DNA of 44,770 bases from a virus. Lineage: Duplodnaviria; Caudoviricetes. Positions 23,039-34,031 of the stretch are shown here, in pieces. The stretch spans positions 1 to 44,770 of the IMG/VR virus record IMGVR_UViG_3300005611_000055. One strand, written 5' to 3'. The notes under the pieces were generated by a model. That model made no database searches and was not told the DNA's origin. It saw only the letters and a list, made by a program, of their open reading frames with translations. Every line of letters begins with the position of its first letter. Position 1 is the first letter of the stretch. The position numbers were made by a program, and so were the translations under genes.

Positions 23039-24904
23039 ATGTCGTCAGATAAACTTGTGACCGATCCGTCGGTCATTGCGGCGTTAGAAGCCGAAATTGC
23101 GGAGTCAACGGAACATGTTGACCCGATCCCGCAGGCTGAGCCGTACAAAGAATCCGTTCATGTTCTTGGTCGTTCCAAAAAATATATGGAAGCCAAACAA
23201 CGGCGGCTTGCCATTATTGGACATTTACGGATAGGCAAATCGGTAGGTGAAGCGTGTGAACTGGAAAAAATTTCTTACTACACGTACGCCTCGTACCGGC
23301 AACGATTCCCAGACTTTGCAGCCAAATGTGACGAAGCCCGCCAACTGTCCATGTTGGGCAGCAACGCTGGGTATGACGGCTCCGCCGCTTCTTTTATCAC
23401 CCAATACTTTGGGCATGTGCCGACATGGTTCCAGCTGCTGTTCATCAACGAATTAGAAAACACGCCGCCCGGAAACATCCTACTTGTACTTTGGCCCCCC
23501 GAATTCGGCAAAACAACCACATTTGAGAACCATGCGTCTAGAAAACTGGCAATCAATCCGGCGATGCGTTATCTGGTGGCGAGTGAATCGCGGGGCATTG
23601 CTCAGAAAATTCTTGGGCGTTGCCTTGACCGTATGGACCCGTTCGGACCGTCACCAGAATACGTTGAACGTTTCGGTCCGTTTGCACCACAGCAAGGCGA
23701 CGGACGAGTCCGCCAACCGTGGTCAGATTTACGATTTCGAGTCCGAGGAGCCAGAACCTCCGACGAACGAGACTATTCCATGCTGGCAGTCGGCGCGGGT
23801 TCTAAAAACATTGTTTCTACTCGTACTGATCACGCCCACGTTGACGACATCCAATCGACCACAACGCTAGGACAAACACAAAAATTTGTAAACTGGTTCC
23901 GACAAGACCTGTTGTCACGTCCCGGCGAAACTGGTATCACAACGGTATGCGGCACACGTGTAGCCGAAGGCGACTTTTATGAAGCTTTGCTGGACGACGA
24001 AGACCTTGACTCGTCCATCATGAAAGTGATCCGGTTCCCTGCTATCATCACCGACCATGACACCGGAGAAGAACGATCCCTATGGCCCGAAAAATGGCCG
24101 CTTGACAAACTGGAACGTCAGAAAAAGAAAGTTGGTTCTGAAGCGTGGGACCGAAACTACATGCAGAACCCCGGAGTATCATCCCGAGGCCGCGGCACAT
24201 TTGATAAAAGCATTATCGAACCGTGCAAAGATTCGGACTTATCGTTAACACAGCATCCTACTGAGGGAAGCATTGTTTACATTGGGGTAGACCCCGCGCT
24301 AGGCGGCAAAAACTGCATCATTGCTGTTGAAGCTACACCTGACTACCGGCTAATTGTACGGCGCATTATCGAAGACGTAGATTTCAAAACGAACAGCCAG
24401 ATCATTGCTCGCATCCAAGACACCGTAGAGTTCTGTGCTGCTGGCGGAGCAAGCGTCACCGACGTAGTAGTCGAAGCAATGGCGTTCCAAAAAGGTCTTG
24501 TTCACGACGAAAACCTTTTAGAGCTACGCGACTACTGGGGTTTCGCAATCCGTGACCATTTGACCGGCTGGAACAAATACGACCCCGACATTGGTGTCCC
24601 GTCAATGGCCGAATCTTTCCGAAAGCACGAAATTGTGCTACCGTATGGAGAAGATTCTTATACACGGTTTGAAATTGATGAACTTGTACGGCAGTTGTAT
24701 GCATGGAAACCCGGAGTAAAAGGTAACCGGTTACGTCAAGACCGTGTAATGGCGTTATGGTTTTGTTGGATTATGTGGCGGGAACGTTGGAAACGGCCCG
24801 CTAACGGAGCAAGCACAATGAGTGACGGATTCAGACGAGAAGGTTTACCGTATCGGGCAACGCGCAGCGGTCTGCTGCTTCCTTCCAATCTTAGGAGACT
24901 GTGA
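23039..24904 (+). CDS. terL: Terminase large subunit with N-terminal HTH extension
   Basis: Walker A PPEFGKTT, Walker B HVDDI, GTRV, YMQNP, IGVDPA nuclease motif, QDRVMALWF. Confidence 0.92.
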   Translation: MSSDKLVTDPSVIAALEAEIAESTEHVDPIPQAEPYKESVHVLGRSKKYMEAKQRRLAIIGHLRIGKSVGEACELEKISYYTYASYRQRFPDFAAKCDEARQLSMLGSNAGYDGSAASFITQYFGHVPTWFQLLFINELENTPPGNILLVLWPPEFGKTTTFENHASRKLAINPAMRYLVASESRGIAQKILGRCLDRMDPFGPSPEYVERFGPFAPQQGDGRVRQPWSDLRFRVRGARTSDERDYSMLAVGAGSKNIVSTRTDHAHVDDIQSTTTLGQTQKFVNWFRQDLLSRPGETGITTVCGTRVAEGDFYEALLDDEDLDSSIMKVIRFPAIITDHDTGEERSLWPEKWPLDKLERQKKKVGSEAWDRNYMQNPGVSSRGRGTFDKSIIEPCKDSDLSLTQHPTEGSIVYIGVDPALGGKNCIIAVEATPDYRLIVRRIIEDVDFKTNSQIIARIQDTVEFCAAGGASVTDVVVEAMAFQKGLVHDENLLELRDYWGFAIRDHLTGWNKYDPDIGVPSMAESFRKHEIVLPYGEDSYTRFEIDELVRQLYAWKPGVKGNRLRQDRVMALWFCWIMWRERWKRPANGASTMSDGFRREGLPYRATRSGLLLPSNLRRL

Positions 24905-26772
24905 TGCGTGATTTTGAAACCATTCGTCAAATGACGATTGACTTGCAGAACAACCGGACTCCGGTTATCCGCAAGATGCAAGAAATCCAGTCGCATTACG
25001 AAGGCGACCTTGTGATCCCTATGCCGGATGTCGCGGACGAACCCGACATGCCGAACCTTACCCCGTCACTTATCACCGACGTTGTTGACGGTCTTTCTTT
25101 GCGTGCAGCTTCCGTCAAGCCGTCGGTGTACAGTCCGGCGTTAGACCCGTACAAAGAAGTCGGTGTCCGTTCTAAGCAGATGGCTACCGACCGTCGCCGA
25201 ATCCTTTCTGCCACCTACCATCACAACGGATGGGCATTACTGCGTCGCCGTTACCTACGCCACCTCAACGCGTACGACACGGCCAGCGTGTTTATCGAAC
25301 CAGACTTCCAGACCGGTATGCCACGCATCCGTGTCCGCGACCCATTGATGACGTTCCCCGAGGAACGAGCATTAGAGTCAATGGACGCACCAGAACACGT
25401 TGCGTTCATTACCCGTTACTCCGGCGACTATCTGCGCAAACGATTTCCGCAAACAATGGCAGAACGTGGCGGACCTATCACTAACGCTGATGTGTCTGAA
25501 ATGTGGGACGTGTTTGAATGGGTGGACAGCGAACAAATCCGTTTCGGTCTGCTTGGACCTGTGTTCCAGAACGGCGACCATATTTACCGTGACTACAACA
25601 TGTTTAGCGGCCCGTGGATGCCGTTGACCGACCCGATTGTTAACCGTGCAGGCATGTGTTTAGCAATCACTCCCGGTGCTGTCACCCTGCACCGGATCGG
25701 CAACCGGCTCAACGCGCTGCTGGAAAACGCTAAGTGGCAATCCAAGCTGTTGGCGTTAGACATTCTTGCCCAAGAAAAAGCGGTGTTCCCTGACATGTAT
25801 GTGTTGGGATCGCGAGGAATGTCACCACGGTTAGCTGACGGCCAATGGCATGACGGGCGTGACGGCGACATCAACATTGTGACCGACGCAGAAAAAATTG
25901 GCACGTTGAACCAGATGCCGGATGTACGTACGTCACAGATGGTGGACCGCTTAGAGCGCAACTTCCGTGTGTCTGCTGGTTTAAGCCCGATGTTTGGTGG
26001 CGAAACGCCGGGAGCCGCGTTACGTACCGGTCGTGCGTTAAACGAGATGGCCGGTATCAGCGTTGATCCTCGCATCCTTGAAATCCACGAGATTGACGAA
26101 GTGTGGATGCCGCACGTCAACAAAGCCATTCTGTCTTGCTACAAAGGCTGGTTCGGTAACAAGAAGTACACGTTGTTTTCTGGTTGGGCTGGGGACCGTG
26201 GACAGGTGGAGTTTGTGCCGAACAAAACGATTGAAACGACCGATAACACCGTGTCGTATGCAATTCCGGGTGCTGACATTGTGCAGGTTACGCAGGTGCT
26301 TGGTTCGATGCTTGGTGCGCAAACTATTTCTACGGAAACGTTCCAACGTCATCATCCGTGGGTTGAAGACCCGCATGGCGAACAGACCCGCATCAATGAT
26401 GAGAAGTTGGAACGTGGCGCTATTGACGGCATGTTGCAGCAGGTGATCAGCGGCCAGATGCCGATGGCAGTGTTCGCTCGTATTCGTGAAAAGATGAAAG
26501 ACGGAAGCATGGATGTGTTTACCGCTACCGTCAAAGTTGACGAAGAAATTCGTGAGGAACAGGCGCGTGCCGCTGAAGCTGCGCAGGCGGATCAGCAGGC
26601 GATGATGGACCAACAGCAAGGCAACCTGTTGGCGCAGATGGGTTTGGCGGCTGGCCCGCAGGCGGCGGCTCCGGGAGCTATTCCGCCTGAAGCGTTGCAG
26701 CAGGCTGGTGCACCGCCCGGACAGATGTCGATGCGTGATATGTTGATGGCGGCTGCTCAGGGAGGTGGCTGA
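24901..26772 (+). CDS. Portal protein
   Basis: 623 aa immediately after terL; helical profile, TGRAL motif and Q/A/P-rich tail. Confidence 0.8.
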   Translation: MMRDFETIRQMTIDLQNNRTPVIRKMQEIQSHYEGDLVIPMPDVADEPDMPNLTPSLITDVVDGLSLRAASVKPSVYSPALDPYKEVGVRSKQMATDRRRILSATYHHNGWALLRRRYLRHLNAYDTASVFIEPDFQTGMPRIRVRDPLMTFPEERALESMDAPEHVAFITRYSGDYLRKRFPQTMAERGGPITNADVSEMWDVFEWVDSEQIRFGLLGPVFQNGDHIYRDYNMFSGPWMPLTDPIVNRAGMCLAITPGAVTLHRIGNRLNALLENAKWQSKLLALDILAQEKAVFPDMYVLGSRGMSPRLADGQWHDGRDGDINIVTDAEKIGTLNQMPDVRTSQMVDRLERNFRVSAGLSPMFGGETPGAALRTGRALNEMAGISVDPRILEIHEIDEVWMPHVNKAILSCYKGWFGNKKYTLFSGWAGDRGQVEFVPNKTIETTDNTVSYAIPGADIVQVTQVLGSMLGAQTISTETFQRHHPWVEDPHGEQTRINDEKLERGAIDGMLQQVISGQMPMAVFARIREKMKDGSMDVFTATVKVDEEIREEQARAAEAAQADQQAMMDQQQGNLLAQMGLAAGPQAAAPGAIPPEALQQAGAPPGQMSMRDMLMAAAQGGG

Positions 26773-27206
26773 TGCCTCGGGCAAAGAAAACACGTTCTGG
26801 TGATGCAGCGCAGAAAGTAGAGTCTGTTCCGGGTCAGCGTTATGGTGAAGGTGTAGCTCAACAAGCAATGCAACAGGCAATGCCTGCTCCTAATAGACAA
26901 GCAGGTAACCCAAATATGCGAAGCGTTCCGGTTCCTGCCAGTCAGCCTAATGCACCTATGGAACAAAGCGTGCCACAACGGCGTACCAATCCAAGCGAGT
27001 TTCTTGCTGGTTTGCCTCGTGCCACGCTAATGAACCCGACAACCAACACGCGTCCAGTTACTAACGGCCTGCGTACAGGACCGGGGCAAGGACCGGAAGC
27101 ATTACAACCGTTTGTTCAGTCAGCACCCGCGTTGCGTGCAGTAATGCAACTTGCACAACGTACAAACGACCCCGTGTTCCAGCAAATTCTTCGCAGGTTT
27201 GGATAA
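26772..27206 (+). CDS. Pro/Gln-rich hypothetical protein
   Basis: GQRYGE...P.T.G...GPG.GPE motif, in the post-portal position. Confidence 0.7.
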   Translation: MPRAKKTRSGDAAQKVESVPGQRYGEGVAQQAMQQAMPAPNRQAGNPNMRSVPVPASQPNAPMEQSVPQRRTNPSEFLAGLPRATLMNPTTNTRPVTNGLRTGPGQGPEALQPFVQSAPALRAVMQLAQRTNDPVFQQILRRFG

Positions 27207-30200
27207 TGAGCGATACGTCAGTAAACATTACTGAACCATCGGAACGCGCACGCGACATTATTTATGGTCGTTATTCTCCGTACGAAACAATGACGGAGAT
27301 GCAAATCAATCAGATCAATCTAACAGCAATGAATTACGGGTTGATTGCAGAACAAAACCCGTACCTAACTCGCAACCCTGCCGCATTACAAGAGTTCGCA
27401 TCAAGCATCGATCCAATTACTGCTGCCACAGAAGGCGCAGTTATGTTTGCCCAGCAAGACCTAAACTCAATGGTCAACGTGTGGACAGACATGGACGATG
27501 CAACTCAACGTTCAACGTGGGGTCAGCTTAGCGATTTGCAACAACGCGCGTTACTTCACGCAGGTATCAAGAACCCGTATACCGATCCAGACAAAGCATG
27601 GTGGGAAGACGCTATCGGTGTTGGCACTGATGTTGTCGGTATTGTTATGGGCGGCGTTGGTAAAGCAATAACGGCATTACCGTACGGCGACAAAGCCCTT
27701 GACGCGTTAATTTGGATCGGCAACGAACCGTTTCATTTATATCGCACTATCCGGCAGCTTGATTCTTGGCAGCAATGGATCGCACTTGCTGGTGCTGTTG
27801 GAGGTGTAGCCGCCGGTGCGGCCCTTGCACCGTTTACTGGTGGCAGTTCGCTATTAGCAGCGGGAACAATTGCGGCAGGCGCACTTGCTGGCGCAGGCAT
27901 CACAGGTGCGGCTACAAACCCAACCGAGTTTGTTGATGCGTACAAAACGTCGTTTGATGGCGAACGTGTATTTACTAATAAAGCGCAAGAACGCGCATTA
28001 GATTTGTTGCAAGCACCAGAACTTTTTGCGTTAGCCAAAGACATTGCTTACGAAATGAGTCCGTACGATTTGGCTGTTGAAATGGCGGCAGTGCGTGAAA
28101 GCACTGATCCCATGACAATGATGAGCAGCGTCAGCCGCATTGCGGACCGGATGGCTGTGCCGGGAACACAACAACATCAAATTATTTCGCAAGGAATTGT
28201 AAATCTTCTTAGTACGCCTGAATTTATGCAGGCTATCAAAGTTTTAGAAAACGGCAAAATTTCAATTGGCCGTGACGTTGCTAACGCAATGGGCTTAGAA
28301 CAAGGCGGAGCAGCGCACACACTGCTTTCCGGTTCTATTGACGCGTTTTCAATGTTTGTTTTAGATCCATTTTTGATGGCAAGCCCGTATCTAAAAGCAG
28401 CACGTTTCGGTCGTTACAGCATGGAATCTTTGCGTCCAGCATGGTTCCGATATTCCATGACAGGCAAACCAGTTACCGGTATTACAACCGACGTTGTTGC
28501 CCGCCGAATTGCTTTATCTAACAACAGTCGGGCTGTTCGCGCAATGGACGAACAAATCGCTCGTGCAATTACTACAAACACGTATCGGTTAATGCCGAAA
28601 AATATGCGGGCATTATGGGAACCAATCCGTAATCATTTACAAGCAACCGGGGTGCTTGATGAAGCATTTCAATTGCGTCCCGGCAAAGTATTTGAACGCG
28701 AAGATTTGTTGCAGTGGATGACTGAAGTTGATCAGTTGCAACACATTGCGCGTGGAGTCGGAACTGTTCGCGGTATTCAAGGAACAGCCGTTTTGAAACC
28801 AATGTCCGATGTTGGTGTTGTCGGCACATTGCGGAAAAATTTCCGAGATTTTAGAGACAACCTTGTTGATCCAACAGCACTCCGCAGGCTTGAACAACAG
28901 ATTGCTAAAACAGGTGCAGAATTAGGTGTCATTATTCCGCCGTCTGCACTTGACGAAGGTATTCACCCACAGCTTGTACGTACATCAGAACTGTCTCCTA
29001 CTGTTGTTGACAGTGTTGGTGGCGGACTTGGACGCGTTGTTGCGTGGGTTCCGGGTGCAGGCCCGACACTCGGCAAAGTGTTAGACACGTTGAGCAACAT
29101 GACTCCGCGCAGCGGCCATCTTGTTTTGGAAGGCGCACAAGCTGCCGAAGACATTCCACGTTTTATAAACGCGTTTGGTCGTGTAGCCAATTTGCCGCAA
29201 GCTGTCCGGCAGCAGTGGATTGATGCAGTAATGGCGCAGCAAGGTGCGGCTGCTCGTAACCAGATGATTATGTCGTTCTACGACTCGTTGTTTGAAATCA
29301 CCGGTTTGAAAGGAACCCGAGCCGGTGAAAAAATGGCAAAACAGTTTAAACATCGTTGGGAACAAAACTACGCTATCGGTCAAATTGACCGCATGAAAGA
29401 CAGCACTGGACGATTTTTAACGTCGCGTGGTGTGCTAACTATTGATCAAGCTGTTGCCGTTCAAATGGGCGAAGTCCGCGAAATGATTGTTGCGGCCCGT
29501 CACGCCAGCTTAGTTGGCGACATTCTTGGCATAGTGCCAAGTGACCAAATGATCAGTTTCTTTATGAGCCGAATGTGGAAACCAGCCGTCGTGTTGCGAC
29601 TTGGTTTTGTTTTGCGCGCGGCAGGCGAAGAAGCATTAGCAATGATTGCTCGTGGTACGGACGGCATGTTGGGAGCCGAATTTGGTGCCCGCCGTCTAGC
29701 ACAACGAAAGTTGTATGACGAAGCGTTAGCTTTGCAACAGACAGGACAGGTGTTGTCGCCGGTTCATCGAAAGGCGTTGGAATGGGAATTGCCTGCCGTG
29801 GCTCGTCAGGTGCAACGTGTGTCTTCTCGTTTGCCTGTAGCCGGAAACGTTATTGAAAGCGGCTTGTTGCAGTTTGAAAAGTTTTTGCGTCGGGTGTTGG
29901 ACCCGCAAGCGTTTGATCCGAACGCAGGCGTGTTGCGTCGCGGTTTAGCAGAAGCGATTGACAAACAGCATCCAATTGTTCAAGCATTGCTTGTTGGCAA
30001 ACGGCACTCGTGGCGTAATACCGCTATGCGTGGTGTTCGACGCGATCTTCAAGATTCCGCGTTTGCTTGGTATACGCGCCATGCTGACTCTACCATGCGA
30101 CTTGCAAGCTCTGGTCACGCTTCGTTGTACGACGATTATGTCAACAATGAACGTGTTCTTGCTGTCGAAATGAACGAGGATGGCACGTTTATTGAAACAG

Positions 30201-33200
30201 TGCACGACCGTGGTACCCGCGAAATTGTTGACAAAGACCACGAACGATACCAGTACGGTATCCACGAAGGTGCCGAACGGCCATTTGCGGACCCAAACAT
30301 GGGGCCTGCACTTGAAGAAGCAATGTACCTGTATTTGCCAACCGAATTTGGTTTAGATGAAACACTGGTACGCGCACTAGACGAAGCAATTGCTGATGCA
30401 AATCCAGCTGCTGTCAACCTGCTTTTAGAGTTCACCAAAATGCGACGTGACCGGTTGTTGTCGTTGCGATCCCAAATTGGTTCGTATGTTCCATCAGGCA
30501 ATCAAGCACTGTTAGATGACCTCATTAAACTTGTTGATGACATTATTGATGCCGACGCAGTTGAGGACTGGACTCGCGTGTTCGATGTTCTTGCAAAGTT
30601 TGAACGTGAAGGCGCGGTTGTAGCTGCTCATCGTACGTTTATTGATTCAGCACGTCAACTTGTCGATCAATCAATTGCTGGAAAAAATACGGCAGACATG
30701 ATGGCATGGCTTCAATATCGTGTTGGGTTTAATGTACGCAATCCGGGTCGTGCAGCTACTTTAAGGCAAGGACGTTACGTCGCGGATTTTGAAGATTATT
30801 ATTTAACTGTGCGGCAGATTGCTTTGTCTGAAGCTTTGAGGCCAGAAAATTTTGAACGTACTGCACAAAGCCAACGGGTATTGGGCAGTCGTTCTGGTGA
30901 CGCGCGAGTTATTAACCCGCAAAGCCCCAACATGCGCCGAGTGTACTCTCCTGATCTTAATGGCACAACTAAAATTGCTCAGGATGTTGAGTATTACCGA
31001 AATATGGGAATGACTGATCCCAAAGCTGTAGCAGACACGCTCGCGCAACAATATGTCACAAGTGCTCGCGGCATCGGTGTCAACCCAGAAATTGCACGTT
31101 TTGGTGAAGCGTTTCTTGTTGAGTCCTTGTCTGTTGCTCTTGAACAGATGATTACAGAAGGTTTGTTGGGGATGCCGTTTACCGCTTTGGGCGGAGTTAG
31201 TTACGGCAACCCGCTACTGGCGCGATGGGTTAGTGACGTATTAAGCGACACTATGTTTGATGATGCTGTTTCTATATTGCATTACAAAGACATTGGTCGC
31301 CAAACATTGTCTAAAGTTGGTGATCAATTTGAAGGCACCGAGTATCTGATTGATAACGGTGGCGGTGTTTACATTAACGATACGCAGGGACGATCCGGGT
31401 TAGAGCCAATTCAAGGCACTGTTTTGCCAGATGGCACGTTTGGCATTGACCAAGCTGATGCCATTGAAGAATTCATGGATTTAGGCACACAAAGCACGGT
31501 AAGCGTTCACGCCAAAAACATTGACGTACAATACGAACCTGTTGCCGGATATACCGTTTATTCTGACAAAGCGGCTATGCAACCTGCGACACAAAAAACG
31601 TTCCGCGAAGGCGACGTTGTGTTTGACAAAGATGGCAAGCCTGTAACGTTCCGTGACAACGAAAATTTTAACGCCGGAACTACAACTGCACGCGAGTTAA
31701 ACTGGAAACTTGTCGGCCCGATGGCGCTTGATTCCATTGATCGCAAAACGCGCAATGTGCGTAAGGGCGTTCGCACAGTCAAACGAATGGAACCACGTCG
31801 TTTTGGTAAAGGCGTGCGTGAAACCACAGTGTATGACGATGCCATGCCATTAACGTGGAGCCGAGTTGACGACGTATTACAAGGAGATACGGCTTCTCAC
31901 GCAGTTGCAACCGTGTACATTCCGCGCGAAGGCACCCTGCTCGACCGCATCTTCCAATACGGTTTTGAATCGGTTATTACGCCAGCCGTAGACGCTCTTG
32001 TCCGGCATCCATTAGCCTTTCACAACTTTACGATGGCCCGTTTGCAAAACCAGCGAATGTTAGGGGCCTTTGTTAGCCCAGCCGCACGTGAAGGAATTGC
32101 AGGTGCTATTCCGCCCACACCTGAAGCCCGCAAACTTCTTGACGATTACGTCGGTGAAGGTTTTATGGGAACCGATTTAGAATACGTGTCAGCGCATTAT
32201 AGTTACGTTCGCACTGAGCTTCATCCAATTGCGATGGACCAGAACGCCCCGGTGTTTGCAACATTGAAAGATATGAGCCGTGCAGAATTTAACAAACTGG
32301 TTGATCCTGCTTTGCGAATTGCTGACGACGCAACGTATAAGAAATTCCAGCAAGGGTTTGCGTCGTTTGACAATTGGATGAACGATATTGAAACAAATGC
32401 GTCGATTTACGCTATCAATAACTTAGAGCCGTTCCTTGACTCCAGCCAGTTCAAATCTGAATTTTCGCAATACACCAAAAACTTGATGCCGTTCTGGTAC
32501 GCCGAAGAAAACTTTATTAAACGCTGGATGCGTGGCGCGTATTTATCCGGCACCTTTGGTTTAGATCAGCTTCGCAAAGGCCAATTAACGTACATGGGTT
32601 TGCAAAGCGCCGGTATTGTTCAGACCGATGTCAACGGAACAGACTGGTTTGTGTATCCCGGCAGCGGCCTCGTGCAAGAATTAGTTAGTAAAATTGTTCC
32701 GGGTGCAGGCGTATTGCCTGTCGGAACATTGTTTGGTTCTACTACTACGTCGATGCTTCCCGGATTTAACGCAGAGGCGGGCCGTCCCGGCATCGGGCCG
32801 TTTGGTGCTATCCCGCTTGGTTTTTTGTCAACTATGTTTCCCGAGTTTAAAGAACTTGAACGAAATGTGTTGGGAGACGTTGGGGCAGGACGTGGCGTAA
32901 CCGGCCAAATAGTTCCTGCCTCTATTCGTCGTTTTTGGGAAGCTGCGTTTGGCAACGAAAATACCTCTACTCGTTATGGTGCTGCCATGAACGCTGCTAT
33001 CGCGATGATGGAAGCAGAAGGCAACGGACTGCCGGACGGCGCGACACCGTTACAGTTGCAAGAGTACTTAGACCGCGTTCGTGAACATGCCCGCATTGTA
33101 ATGACAACCCAAGCAGTTCTTGGCTTTGTTACTCCAGGCACCCCAATCGCTATGACAACCGGCGAAGATGCTTACACGTGGAGTTGGTTGTCAGGTACTA

Positions 33201-34030
33201 ATGTAGATGACCCATCAAAAGTATTTAAACGCACATATTTCTTTTATCTGCAAACATTTGGCTACGAAGAAGGCGTGCGACGTTATCTAGCTGAAAACCC
33301 GTTCGCCAACATTGACGATATTGTCAACCCTGAAGCGTTCCAAGTGGCACGTACTGAAGCCACTACTGGCAAAGCAATTCCAACAACAGAAGTTGCAATG
33401 CAATGGTACAACGAAAATAAAACGTGGGTTGATCAGTCGCCGTTGGCAGCACCGTGGTTTGCGCCAATTGACGACGGCGTAGAAGATTTCAGTTTGTACG
33501 CCTACAACGAAGCGTTTAATAACGGTTTGCGCCGACTCGTGCCACCAGAAGAAGTGTTGCGTTCGCATTTAGTAACGCGAGCAGCAAGCGAATATTACTA
33601 TCGCAAAAAAGAATTTGAGGACCGCGAGTTAAGCGTTGCTAGCAATCCGCGTTTGTTGGCGCAAGCACAAGCCGAAAAACAACAGTGGCAAACTAATTTC
33701 TTTGCAGCAAACCCTGTGTTTGAAGCTCATTTACAAACGTCCGATTCGTCGCTGCAACGACAGGAAACAATTCGCCAGATTCGTCGGGTGTTAGATGATC
33801 CGGCAACACCAATGGGTCAACATAATTTTGCGTTGCGCGAAATGATTGAAGCATACGATTTGCATCGCGGGCGGCTTGGCGAACTGAATTTGCGTGGCCG
33901 TTCTGCCCGAGTGTTAGAATTAGTGCGAAACGAAAAGAAAAACTTTGGTGCATGGGCACAAAACTGGATTAACCGACATCCGTTAACTGCTTCGTTTTAC
34001 ACCACAGTGATCGAACCGGAGCTGATCTAA
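27206..34030 (+). CDS. Large internal virion / DNA ejection protein
   Basis: 2274 aa, helical, with an N-terminal Gly/Ala hydrophobic segment; WK..V.LRLGF..R and MPFW motifs resemble podoviral ejection proteins. Confidence 0.65.
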   Translation: MSDTSVNITEPSERARDIIYGRYSPYETMTEMQINQINLTAMNYGLIAEQNPYLTRNPAALQEFASSIDPITAATEGAVMFAQQDLNSMVNVWTDMDDATQRSTWGQLSDLQQRALLHAGIKNPYTDPDKAWWEDAIGVGTDVVGIVMGGVGKAITALPYGDKALDALIWIGNEPFHLYRTIRQLDSWQQWIALAGAVGGVAAGAALAPFTGGSSLLAAGTIAAGALAGAGITGAATNPTEFVDAYKTSFDGERVFTNKAQERALDLLQAPELFALAKDIAYEMSPYDLAVEMAAVRESTDPMTMMSSVSRIADRMAVPGTQQHQIISQGIVNLLSTPEFMQAIKVLENGKISIGRDVANAMGLEQGGAAHTLLSGSIDAFSMFVLDPFLMASPYLKAARFGRYSMESLRPAWFRYSMTGKPVTGITTDVVARRIALSNNSRAVRAMDEQIARAITTNTYRLMPKNMRALWEPIRNHLQATGVLDEAFQLRPGKVFEREDLLQWMTEVDQLQHIARGVGTVRGIQGTAVLKPMSDVGVVGTLRKNFRDFRDNLVDPTALRRLEQQIAKTGAELGVIIPPSALDEGIHPQLVRTSELSPTVVDSVGGGLGRVVAWVPGAGPTLGKVLDTLSNMTPRSGHLVLEGAQAAEDIPRFINAFGRVANLPQAVRQQWIDAVMAQQGAAARNQMIMSFYDSLFEITGLKGTRAGEKMAKQFKHRWEQNYAIGQIDRMKDSTGRFLTSRGVLTIDQAVAVQMGEVREMIVAARHASLVGDILGIVPSDQMISFFMSRMWKPAVVLRLGFVLRAAGEEALAMIARGTDGMLGAEFGARRLAQRKLYDEALALQQTGQVLSPVHRKALEWELPAVARQVQRVSSRLPVAGNVIESGLLQFEKFLRRVLDPQAFDPNAGVLRRGLAEAIDKQHPIVQALLVGKRHSWRNTAMRGVRRDLQDSAFAWYTRHADSTMRLASSGHASLYDDYVNNERVLAVEMNEDGTFIETVHDRGTREIVDKDHERYQYGIHEGAERPFADPNMGPALEEAMYLYLPTEFGLDETLVRALDEAIADANPAAVNLLLEFTKMRRDRLLSLRSQIGSYVPSGNQALLDDLIKLVDDIIDADAVEDWTRVFDVLAKFEREGAVVAAHRTFIDSARQLVDQSIAGKNTADMMAWLQYRVGFNVRNPGRAATLRQGRYVADFEDYYLTVRQIALSEALRPENFERTAQSQRVLGSRSGDARVINPQSPNMRRVYSPDLNGTTKIAQDVEYYRNMGMTDPKAVADTLAQQYVTSARGIGVNPEIARFGEAFLVESLSVALEQMITEGLLGMPFTALGGVSYGNPLLARWVSDVLSDTMFDDAVSILHYKDIGRQTLSKVGDQFEGTEYLIDNGGGVYINDTQGRSGLEPIQGTVLPDGTFGIDQADAIEEFMDLGTQSTVSVHAKNIDVQYEPVAGYTVYSDKAAMQPATQKTFREGDVVFDKDGKPVTFRDNENFNAGTTTARELNWKLVGPMALDSIDRKTRNVRKGVRTVKRMEPRRFGKGVRETTVYDDAMPLTWSRVDDVLQGDTASHAVATVYIPREGTLLDRIFQYGFESVITPAVDALVRHPLAFHNFTMARLQNQRMLGAFVSPAAREGIAGAIPPTPEARKLLDDYVGEGFMGTDLEYVSAHYSYVRTELHPIAMDQNAPVFATLKDMSRAEFNKLVDPALRIADDATYKKFQQGFASFDNWMNDIETNASIYAINNLEPFLDSSQFKSEFSQYTKNLMPFWYAEENFIKRWMRGAYLSGTFGLDQLRKGQLTYMGLQSAGIVQTDVNGTDWFVYPGSGLVQELVSKIVPGAGVLPVGTLFGSTTTSMLPGFNAEAGRPGIGPFGAIPLGFLSTMFPEFKELERNVLGDVGAGRGVTGQIVPASIRRFWEAAFGNENTSTRYGAAMNAAIAMMEAEGNGLPDGATPLQLQEYLDRVREHARIVMTTQAVLGFVTPGTPIAMTTGEDAYTWSWLSGTNVDDPSKVFKRTYFFYLQTFGYEEGVRRYLAENPFANIDDIVNPEAFQVARTEATTGKAIPTTEVAMQWYNENKTWVDQSPLAAPWFAPIDDGVEDFSLYAYNEAFNNGLRRLVPPEEVLRSHLVTRAASEYYYRKKEFEDRELSVASNPRLLAQAQAEKQQWQTNFFAANPVFEAHLQTSDSSLQRQETIRQIRRVLDDPATPMGQHNFALREMIEAYDLHRGRLGELNLRGRSARVLELVRNEKKNFGAWAQNWINRHPLTASFYTTVIEPELI

Positions 34031-34031
34031 A

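Noticed and set aside
27206-34030. Confident call as virion RNA polymerase or tape measure protein
   Set aside because: No DxDGD motif, only loose single-subunit RNAP-like words, and no tail tube genes; ejection protein is the simpler reading. The RNAP idea is kept only as a hypothesis.
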